Part shown: in pieces, positions 33,801 through 45,800 of the stretch
How positions within the stretch are numbered: position 1 is the first letter of the stretch
Layout: every line of letters begins with the position of its first letter
From: Hydrolagus affinis
Taxonomy: Eukaryota
Direction of reading: 5' to 3'
Assembly: GCA_012026655.1 (NCBI GenBank)
Contig: JAAILG010000114.1
Coordinates: 1 to 64,000 of the forward strand
Length of the DNA: 64,000 nucleotides
The notes under the pieces: generated by a model
The model's database searches: none
What the model saw: only the letters and a program-made list of their open reading frames with translations
Told to the model about the DNA's origin: nothing
Program-made: the position numbers and the translations under genes

Positions 33801-36800
33801 TCCCACTTGATCGGTCCTGAAGAGTCACAGTTCGCCGTTCGTCTCGGTCTCTCATTTCCCTCCGTTCATTATTTCCATGGAGCTCAATTCTTTGTTGAGA
33901 AGATGGTCGTCGAGAATCACCATAGGGTTTGGGGTACCTATTGTACCCAGAGTCCTCCCTGCGGCTCCCAGAGCGAGTCTTCTTTCCTTCTCCTTGATGG
34001 TTGTAACGATCTCCTCGTCTGATTTAATTAATAGGATGACACAGTTAGTTTCATGAAACAGGTCTAGTAAATGGTTAGATTTTACAGCAAATGCCATCAC
34101 AGGAGATCAAAGGGATATCTAGAGGGAAATTGAGCTACCTACTCTTATTGCTAACTGCGTGAAAGCCAGCTGAGTTAGTTGACCTTTTTTGGGACGTCCT
34201 CCAGACGTGAAAGGCAATATACAAATGTAATTTTGTTGTTTTCCCATGGAATCACATTCATTGTTAAAAAGATCAGAAATCTAACACACAGAAACAAGAT
34301 AGGAACTCTGGTCCTAAAACTGATATGTCACTTAGGTAGCTTTTTTTTTAGCATTATTCTCAATGGATGAAATGTATAAATGTGCATCAAGACTATTTGC
34401 GATGTGTAATTACCATTTCCTTTCTGTTCTAATTTCATAATTCTCAGTGAACAATAAGAGGGATAAACTGAATAAGAGAGATAAACTCACTGAAGTGCAG
34501 TAACATCCAGACAACAGCTATCATTAGCCACTTACCCATCAAAAGATGAAGATTGAACTCTATGGTCAAAGTCATTGAAACGGTTTGGATCCTGGCGACT
34601 GTAATCAGAATTGTGGCTAAAGCGGGCATCACTGTCCATGGTCCTCCTCTTATGTTCATTCCAATAAGGTTCATCACGTCTAAACAGAGTACATTAGAAG
34701 CCCGTTTATCCGTGACTCGATGAACCGGCACTTCCGTATAACCGGCACGCCTCAAAAAAATTCCCCATTCAATAAACTGGAACTTATCCATAATAATAGC
34801 AGTGGAGCATTTGTAAATGCATAAATAACAGATAATAACAGAATATTGTATTGGTACTTATTGTTAAAACTACTCTCTTGCGCTTCTCACCTTTCCTGGT
34901 AGATGTTGCGCTTGAAGCCATGATGCTGCACTTGAGGTTTATAGTCCAGTGATTCTTTTTAAAATGGAGGACGCCAAGCGGGTGAAAAAAACGTCAGCGT
35001 GACTTTAAAGCCTTACTAGCGGCAAGCCGATAACTCACATTGTCGCGCAGGTGCAGCATTTCGGTTTGCCACTAGTAGAGTCCAGGGTTATCGGCTTGCC
35101 ACTAATAAGGCTTTAAAGTCGCACTGCAGTTTTTTTCACCTGCTTGGCGTCCTCCATTTAAAAAAGAATCGCCGGAATGCAAACCTCAACCCTTAAAAGG
35201 TGAGAAGCGCAAGAGAGTAGTTTTAACAATAAGTACCAATACAATATTCTGTTATTATCTGTTATTATTTAGTCTGGTGTATATGGTGTGTGTTAAAAGA
35301 ACTTTAATTTTTTTGCGGTGGGTTTTTGGCCGCGGGTCGCACGAATATCCGGCAGGCGCTTTAACCGGCATTGGCCAGGTCCCGCGGGTGCTGTATAAAC
35401 TGGCTTTTACTGTATTTAGAAGCCAGTTCACTAAAGGAACCATTCTTACCTTTAAATACTGTACAAAATTAATTCTACTAACAGTAACTAATTAAGCTTT
35501 AGGTTTTCATAAATTAATATCTATAGATGGCCATGCAGTGATACTGTTTTCTATTCCACAATTTATACAAGTGGTGAGGTGCACTTTCACACCTTCAGGA
35601 ATTCTAAGGATCGAGATCGGATGCGACTGGAAAGATCAGGACACACTGTAAGAAGTGGGCCATATTCCTTATTTCAGCTGATATAATCAAGACTATAAGC
35701 CTCTTTGTAACAAGTGCAAAATATAAGTCCTCAAAGAAAATTCACTTGTTTTTAATATCACCTATGCCCCTCCAATGCAAAAAATAAATTGGTTATTTGT
35801 TACAACAGTTTGTGGGACACTGCTATGCGCAATTGGCTGCACCGTTTCACTCACAAATATAGTCAATTCACTTTACAGAATATTCTGTGCAGCACTTTGA
35901 GACGTCTAGAATATGTGAAAAGTGCTATATCAAATGCAAGATTATTATTATGTACAGTATATGTTTTTAGAAAAGTTTACCCTTCGTCACTACATCTAGA
36001 AGCCCATAAGTTGATTCCAAAACTTCTTTCTACATGTTAGAACAACACTGGAAACACAACTATTCATCCCTCCTTGATCTAACTTACCTATCTTTTCTGG
36101 TTCTAACTAACTTATCTCTCCTTGCTAACTTTCTTTTTTCTTTGGGATAAATACCCTTTTTCTCAACAAAGCAAAAATTGGGAAGTTTTGCACAGCAAGT
36201 GAGAAAAAACCTCAGGTGCTGCCTATCTACAGGACATCATGTTGGGACTCAAACAGATTACATCAATCTCATGTCAAATACACGTTACATCAATAATTTA
36301 TGTATCAAATTTTGGAGTGAATGACTGCGAACATATTTTAATTAAAAAGGGCAAGTAAACAAGTATTGCACAAGTACTTTCATCAATCTCAGCTTGTATT
36401 CTTCAGCATAACATTACTTACGTATCCTAACACTCCACACAGATGGCACACTGGAGCGGAAACATGCTGTGCCACCATTCTGCCCAGCACAAATGAATTC
36501 CCTGAACTCTACAGGAAATGATTAATCACTTTCAGGCCTGTAATTCCCCTCCAAAAATACCTGTTATCTACATCACGTGGTCGTTTTAATGAATTTCTTC
36601 TTTCTTGTTCATAACGGAGCTGCTCCTGTTGCCGACGGAGTTCTTCTCGTTCGCGGGCTATGCGCTCGATCTCCTTTCGCCTCTCCTACAATACAGGGAT
36701 ATCAGTTTGATATTGACTCATCTTTCTACTGCAGACCTTTCACCCGATGAAACAAAGCGCATACCTCAACGTACACTGAGAAATAATGAAGCATAATGTT

Positions 36801-39800
36801 CCACAGTATCGTAATCTAGGGATACCAGCTAACACGTAGGAAAATGCCCATGATCGCCCGCCAAAAATCGCTCTCTGAGACACCACTCCAACCAGAGACC
36901 AACCAATTGTAAATCTGCGACCAGAGTCCCCTTGCTAAATACAAGCAGGAACAAACTGCACCCAAGAATGTTTCCGAATAATGGAATCTGCATTAAAAAA
37001 TCTTCACCTGTTCTATACGGATACGTTCCCTTTCGAGTCGTTCCCTCTCCATTCTTTCCCTTTCGAGCTTCTGCTTCTCAATTTCCAACCTTTCCCTTTC
37101 TCGCTGCAGGCGGTCGCGCTCTTCTCGCTCACGCAAGATGCGAATACGATCCCGCTCACGACGCTGTCTTTCAGCTATTTCCCGCCGCCTAAATAAAATA
37201 CAGAGAAACATTAGAAAAATGCAGAGTATAAACATTTGCCACAGCAGCCAACCTTAAACCAAGCTTACTGGGGAATTAAGCATGCATATTGCATAGTATG
37301 CTCGCGTCCACTAGCCTGGTAATTACTGAACAGCTCGTGATGTATAAGATAATCTAAAAATATCAAGTTCAGTACCGATACAGACAGGGTAGTTATAAGA
37401 AACTAATACAAACGAGTATTGCTCACCCCGTAGAATTTAAAATGAACACAATCCCGAGGGAGGATAAGCATTGCATTTTACCTCAACCTAAGTGACAAAC
37501 CCCATACCTTCTTAATTCAATCGCACGTCGTATACGTTGCAATCGAACTAAGCGTTCCCGAATCTTTTGTTGTTTTATCTTCTCAAATGGTAAAATATCT
37601 TTTCTCTCTTTACTGCTTGGTTTACTCGGAATAGGTTTTTCTTTGCTTTTTGAAGTGGACACCTGCAAAATAAAATGAAGGACTAGAACAATTCTCCATG
37701 TTATGCCTCTCCTCCTTTGCTATTAAGGCTAGGGAGTCAGTCCTATAATCACTAATGATTTGGTTTCACTTTTGTTTGGAGACAGTGTTCATGGTGTATG
37801 TAATTAACATGCCCTTTTCCAATTTAGTAGCTTTAACCCATCTGATATCGCCATTTTAGGAAAGCTAAAATACAAATGTCAAGACAAGGTTAAGAATCAA
37901 ACCTCTTCCGCAACTCGACAAGCTGCACAAATTAACATTTTAAAGAGCTACTCTGTCACAAGATCTCAACACCAAACTTCTAATCAGGCTTTCCTTCAAA
38001 AATCACAATCAGCCATGGGTGGGTTGACATTTAACAGAACACATGCAGATCAAGTACAATTGGTTTAAGTTTCAAATCCGAAATGCAACCTGAACTTTTA
38101 ATTTTTTTTCTTTTACGAAAAATAAATGGTGCAAGATTAAAAGTGTGTTATGAGGCTATGAATTGGTTGACAAATAAACAAAATTTTTCTCCTGGATGCT
38201 CACCGGCTCACTCTTGCCTTTCTTGACAGTTTTCACACTGACCACAGGTTCCCCCTTAGCTTTGTCAATAACTACCATACGGTGAGGACTCTTCACACCT
38301 GGGGAGCAAAATAAAACATCAGAAAAATCTAATTTGCTGGTGGTAAAATAGTGGCAATCATTCCTTTATTGACCAAATCATACAATAAAATCCAAGTGCA
38401 TACTTCTTCGCCTTTTATCATCTGCTTTTTTGGAATGGTCATGATTGCTGCATGTATTTTCCTTTTCATCCCTCTTTTCTTGTTTCTTCATAGAATTTGA
38501 CCCATCCTTGCTTTCTTTTTTATCTCCAAGCTTTTCGGTTTTCTTATCTTCCTTTTTGGACGACACCTGGATCCTTATATTGATAAGGGAGTTTAAAGAA
38601 ACAATAAATGCTGTAACTCTGGATCAGAATTAAAAGGCTAACTCGGTTTAACATGTTTCTATATTATAATCATGGTACAAGTGATGGTACACTTATGATC
38701 ATTAATTATCTTAAAAAACCTAACTGTCACAAAGAATAATCTGGTCAATAAAATTGTCACTGACACGAGATTCTGCTGATGGATGCATTCTCGGAACAAT
38801 TATTGACGCCTGCAAAAATGTACTATTCTTTATACCAAACTTCATTTTTGCTATCATCACTTCCTATCATCCCTAACATTCAATGATTCTGCACAGACGG
38901 CATTTGAACAAGAACAAGTACAAAGTGGAGCAAAATTCAAGTAGCCTTTAGAGCACAAGCATTGGTTTTAATGTGGACATTTTTCTTGTGCACATTTTAA
39001 TTGTACATTATCTCCAATGGACCAGTACATGCATGCCAAGCTCAGAATTGCTTTTTGGGGGATTCATAGATATTTAGTTACTAGCATTAATACAGAGTTG
39101 GAAATGTTGGCTTGCAGTATGAGAACTCCTGCAGATAGTTTTCAAGGGCGTTTGTGTTAACCACCACTTTACCATGACATGTACAAAGATGTTATTGACA
39201 CAGGTACAGTCTGCTTTATTTGAAAAGAAGATTATGCTCTTTGAGACAAATAACTGAGCAGCAGCTTCACTGAATAGCTTGAACAACTGGCCTTTACTAT
39301 TGCATCTTGCACAAGCCAGGGTCCATGAACTTCATAACCGAGGAAGTCACTTGAAATTGGCACAGTTCAAGGAATTATCCAGATATTTCATCTACACCCA
39401 GTGTTTATAAACATTTATACCTTAACCCAGCATTTACTTACTTGCTGCTGGTTTTCCCACTGCTCGAAGACTTCTTATCACTCCCATTTCTACTCGAACT
39501 CATCTTCCCGCTGCCATCTTTTGTTGAGCAGTCTTTTTTAAAAGGGTCACTTTTCACCTTAAAGACAATTTGGAATTTGTCAAAGGCAAAACAATGATTT
39601 GATAAAACTAGACGTAAGGAATGATCCAACATGGAATCTTTTGTTCTGACATTTAAATTCAAAAAGCGTTCCTGTATATAGATGTGTTTTCTTTATGTAG
39701 ATGTGTACTAATTGGAACATATGCGTTTCCCCACAAATATAGTCAATTTTCCTACTCTTCTTCATCCTGCCCCGATCCCTCCCCATCTGCTCTTGTCCCT

Positions 39801-42800
39801 CCCTAACTGTACTGCGCCTTTGGACATCCTCTTGATGTGAAAGGCGCTATATAAATGTAAGGATTGATTGATTGATTTGGGATCAATCTCAGATAGTGGG
39901 GTCAATTCAAGAGATACATTTGTCCCCCTTGAATGTACCTGGATTTATTACAATTATTTTGGATAGTGACAGCCATAATACCAAGATATTGGACCAGGAG
40001 TAAGAATCAAGAGCATTTGACAGTCAGTTAGTCAGCGCAATAGTGTCTTTTTAATAATAATGCTTGCATTTGATATAGCGCCTTATCACATCTTCAAGAC
40101 GTCTTAAAGCGCTTCACAGAATATACTGTAAAGTGACTTGACTGTGCACTTTTAATACAAATGACCCAACCCTAAGCAGCCAATTTTACACACCATTGTC
40201 CCACAGTCATGGATTGCGTGACCAATTTATAATTTATTTCAAAGGAATCCCTGGAAAAGCAATCCACCAATCGACTAACAACGAGTTCCTACTTACTATT
40301 AGGTAAACCCGAGGTGTGTGGAGTAAGGAAACTTGCCTAACATGTATATTACCATTGCAAATAGCATTGAGGTGGGGAGTGGAGGGTCTACTTTTGCTAT
40401 ATTTGATGTAATCAGCAGAATTCCATCGAGGTTTTTTCCATTTGAAGTCTTGTGCAAATGAATTGCAGGTTATTAGCAGTTAGGCCCTCCTTATAATGTT
40501 AAGCATATTTAAAATGGACTATTCTATATGGCAAATGTGTATTATTTACTTTCTCAACAGAAATCTGCTGCCCATGCAGCTCTGTGCGATGCAGGTGGGA
40601 AATACACCTCGACACCTCTGTACTTGAAGACATTGTCACAAATCCATAGCATCGAGCACCAGGACTGCGAGCGTTGGTCACTACCTTTGCACTCAGAACC
40701 TAGGGGCAAAAGAATAAAATTCAGCATGAAACATCATTACCAGCATCTTCATTAACGTCAATCTGACACCGGGAAGGAATATAGCATGTAGTATTAAACT
40801 GTCATACCTTTCCATATTTACTGAACAGGTTCTTTAGATCAGCTGCTTTAGTGTTGGAAGATAGACCACTAATCCACAGGTTCTTGGTTGAGCTGCTACT
40901 GCTGCCACTGGTGCTCCCAGAACTGCTGCTAACACCTCCTATAACAGAAGTGAAAATAAAACCATTGACATGACTATACACCCTATGGAATATTTCACTC
41001 AGCTGTTATATAACTTATCTGAATATTGCATAACAATAACATTACATAACTTCATCAGATATTGTAGTACAGCAGAGACACATATGACAGTCACCCTACT
41101 AATGCGGTTAGGATTTTTTGCAGCTTTTTTCACTTGAAGATTACATAGTAGCCATACACACTACTGAGGTCAATCCGTTACTGTAGTCAAAATTATTCAG
41201 TTTGTTTGGTGACCTTATTTGTGAATTTCCTCTGTACTGACATGAACTTTGAATGTAAAATGATAACAAAAATTCAATACAACAAGAAATCAATTATTGA
41301 GTCACCTTTTTCATCCTTGGTAGCAGCCTTATCTTTGGAGTCCTTACTTGAACTATGAACACAAAGGAATATTAGAAGCTGCACACAAACCAAAGTACTC
41401 AAGAACAATAAGTGGAACTAATCCTTTAGACAAAATACTGCTGTACCGATTTATAAAGTAATGCATTAAAAAAACATCAAACCAAGCATATTGGTTAAAA
41501 TATAAAGAACCTAAAGAATCTCTAGTCACAAATATACAGAAGCCAACGAGGCCTACATTTGAACAAAATGGTTCCAAAATGGACTCTTGCATCGATATTC
41601 CAAAGCTGCCTGAAGGTCAAGATTTGTGCCAATTCTATTCAGTGAGCAAATCACAATCTTCTCCAGTAATCAGGAGTGGTAGTTTGGTTTCCATACTTGA
41701 GAATTCTCCTTACTTGGCTTCATTGTGATTTTTTCATATGGCGTGCTGATTGTTCAGGATCAACACAAAAGTTATTTAAAAAATAATGTATTTTTTTTTT
41801 AAAAAACTTCTAATTGTCAAAAAAGGATATAAAAGCAAAAACCGAAGTGTGTAGAAGAAAAAATAGGCAACGATAAACGCAAGCTCTCAATATTGCACCA
41901 GTCTTTTTTTTAAAAAACTCACCGTCTTTCAAAATAAAAACATACAATGTTAAGCTTCTTAAAAAAGGATTACCACATACACTGGCTTGTTAGGTATCAG
42001 ATTATAGAGCTGTGAATACTCACAAATGCAGACTGATCTTACTGTTGATACTCGGTATGAGAAATTGACATAGAAAAACAAACCTCTTTGCTTGACTGGA
42101 TGCCCCAGCTGATGAGGGGCCTTTCTTTGAAGAATCTCTCTCTTTATCTCCACCTTCAGCTTTTCTAGATCCTTCTCTGGCTTCCTTCTTCGACTCGGCT
42201 TTCATCCCCTCCTCTTTTCTTCCTTCCTTATGGTTTTTCTCTTTCTTTCCCTCATTTTTGACTTCTCCCTCTCCGTGCTCCTGGGACTGGGGCTCCTTTT
42301 CAGCTTTGGGTTTATTCACCTCACAATCTGGTGTTTTCGGGTTTTTACCTGTTTCCAAAAGGTCATCCCCATCGAAGTCCAATGTGATGGCATCTTCTGC
42401 TTGGATTGTGACCGAAATGTTATCGTCATCCGCTTCTTTCAAAGACGCACTGGGTGCAGTTTCATCTTGAATAGTTTGGTGAGCCTCAGCGAGGCCTTCC
42501 TCTGAAGGTAGAGTTTTTGACACTTCACGAGAACCGTCATCTATATCATCTACATCTGAGAGATTTAACAGGAATAAACATGGCAAAAATACAGGTTTAA
42601 AAGTCAAAACTTTTACCTAGATGGTGACCTTATCATTGATATTCAAAAAAAATAACAATTTACCTAAACTCAGAAGGTTAGAAAACTATAAGGTGCAGCA
42701 TGTGAATCTGACTTCCTCAATGACAGTTGTTATGTGCAATACCTTTGGGTTACAAAGTCTTCTGTGGCAGCACAAAGATCATTACAGAGGCATTATTCTT

Positions 42801-45800
42801 CGTTGAAGGAATCCCAGGTGCAAGCCTTCTCACACAATGCAATCTGTCAGTTTTTCCCCCAAGTCAAGGTCTGTTTTCATTTCATATTCATCACTTCAAC
42901 AAAGTTCAACAATCCACCAAGGTCCTCTGATGTGAGCATTCCTCACATGTCTGGTAAAATCCATTGGATGAAATGGTCCATGCAAGCCGTGTTCTCACAC
43001 ATCCATGTGCACGCATCCAGATTCGGAAGGGCATAAGTCGTCTTCAACACAATGCCATATCCTGCATGCATTTCAAAGAATCCATCCATCATCTTCTGAT
43101 TGCTTAGTTTTGGTGACAATATACCAATGGGAACAGGATGAAAGTCTTCGGCGCAATCAACATCTTTTTTTTCCCACGCATCATCGAGATCACATAACAG
43201 TGACAATCTTCATTGTGGAAAGTTACATCTACTCACACGTCCGATTCTGAGCTTCCATAGTTCCAGTGTAAAGCAGATCATTGTTCATAGATGTTGCCTC
43301 CAAGCATGGATTTTCATTGTCCCAACTATGGTTGCTAATTTTTTTTAAAGAGTTTCTGGACTCTTCAGATTCTAGCCACCCCGCACTCCCCAATTACTGC
43401 AGTACAAGTAACAGAAATGCACATCACAATCATTTCCAGCAAATCAGATTTAAAATGAGTGTGCGTAGTTTTGTATTAAGAAGGCTCCAGTTAAACTGAG
43501 AGAAACAAAGTCATATTAAATAATCTTTTCTTATCCCTTTTCCATTATTTGTTAAGGAGAGTTATGCACTGTCAGTCACGTAAATTATTGTGAAAGAACA
43601 GAGGTTCCTCATTCCGATTATTCATATAGTATTGAAAGCTAAAATTGGCCTTATTAAAGACAAAAAATAATAATAAAAATAATCCTTGCATTGGATATAG
43701 CAAGTTATCACATCTTCAAGATGCCTCAAAGCATCAAATTCATTTAATTAATTGTTTCATAAGAACAACAACGAAAATGTGCTTGTGCTGTGCATGTTCA
43801 TAAATGTACTCTAGTAATTGGCATGAATATTCTGCACCTTTTTACAAGACACATTTGGATTAAAAAAAGAAATCCCAAGTATATTTGCTATCCCCAAAGC
43901 AAGTAGGCATTTTAATCCCATGCTGTTAAATCTAGTGCCTTGTAATGGTTTTCCAACCTTCAACTATAAATTGGTCTAAAATGCAGTCATGAAGAAAACT
44001 GAAAGGAAGATACAAACATTGCAAAGTAGTAGTGGGGAGTCACATACCTTTTTCATTCTCATCCTCTTCTGCTTCCTGAAACATCAGTTTAAAACCAATT
44101 ACTCTCTTAAAAAAAGCAACTTTTGAACTTCACAACTTTACATAACTGTAAAGTTAAGATAAATCTTAAATCTAGCTTAACAGTGGACATACAAACTAAG
44201 CAATCTGAAAATTACCAATAAATATTTGTATAAAAAAAAGAAGTCACTATATGTGTGTATATATATATATACACACTAAGGTGAAAACATGAGACGATAG
44301 GAAAAACACAAGTGCTGCATGAATTGAAGATTGAAAAAAGAAATACCCCAGCTGACCATCTTATTTTCTTTCCATTTTTAATTCTGCTCTATTGGTTCTC
44401 TGTCCACCTTTTAACATTGTGTATGTAACCTGTTCTAGCATTCCTTTAGCCTACATTTTTTTTCACAAATCCTGACCCCTACTTTGGAAAATTGGAGCAC
44501 CTTTTTTTTGAAAAAGGTAATTGGATTGAAACTAGTTCAACAAGCCAATTTAAATATACAAGACCAATGACTGATCATAGCTGCAACCAGTCATTTTTTG
44601 ACATGTTTTCAATCATTAAGCTAGAAGTGGAAATCATGAATATAAATAAGTCGACTCTTCCCCACTATCCAAACGAGATAATATCTTGATGCACCAGCAC
44701 ATCAGCAATACTCTTGGGCATAAAATGATGTGTTGCAAAACTTGCTTAACTTCACTGCAGAACATTTGAACCAATAAAATATCCATCAGCAAAAATGCAT
44801 CACACCATAGGGAAGAGAAGAATTCTACATGGTGACGTACTGTATCATGTCCACTTATGTAAACAACTGAAAACATTATTAAGATTGGAGGAAACTGGAT
44901 TTGATAAAACTAAAGATATTTTCTTCCATGAAAATAAGCCCCCATCCAAAACGAGTAATCCAGAACTGCTGGAATTATAAAATTGAGCTGACTGGTTAAA
45001 TAAATGATTATTACTGGCAACTAATTCACTTAAATGTTTTCATATTCATTTACTTAGATGTTTTGAAACGTAGAAAGGCCAAGTTCTTTTTAGAAAAACA
45101 AGGGCACACAAAAAGCACCCAAAGACATCATGGAAACTGCTTTCAATAATTGGAAGTGCAAAATCAATTGAACTAGCAGCTAGCTTTTTAATACTTAAAA
45201 GTTACAAATCATAAATGTGACCAAATCCAAATACTGGATATGGCAAAAATTATTCAAATAATCCATGTAATTCTATATATGACCAATTATGGTTGTAAAT
45301 GTATTTAAAAGATATAATGATATACTAAACCAAATAGATCTCTAGTTAAAAGTTCATCTACTTCTTCAAGAATGTCCTCTTAATTTTCTCTCTCAGCCTG
45401 AATGAACAAAATGAGCCATCGACTAAATCCCAATATTAAAGTGCTTGATTTCCTACTCATTTCAGACAAGGTTAATGATATCAGCAGGTTTAGATGTAAC
45501 ATGACACGTTTTATCATCCTGCCTCAGTTCCTTTCAAATAGTTCAAAAGCTATTGATGTTTTCATTAACATGCAATTCCAAACGTTGCTTTCATTTTCCA
45601 AAAAAAGTGAAGAACATTTGTGATTAATTCTCAGTGGTTGAAGTAGTGATACAAATTCTAATTTCATAATGGTAGTAAGAAAATTATAAATCTATTGGTT
45701 CGTATTTGGAATATTGGCTTGATGATTCTTTGCATCTATAATTCCACTCCTCTATATTCCTCACTTGCACATATCTCCTCTTTAAACATTTCAATTGACT

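Noticed and set aside
34444-34791. 115-aa minus-strand ORF
   Set aside because: Out-of-frame read through SLTM exon 16 plus transposon end; the real exon is in another frame
42943-43206. 87-aa minus-strand intronic ORF
   Set aside because: No recognisable homology or frame-compatible splice sites
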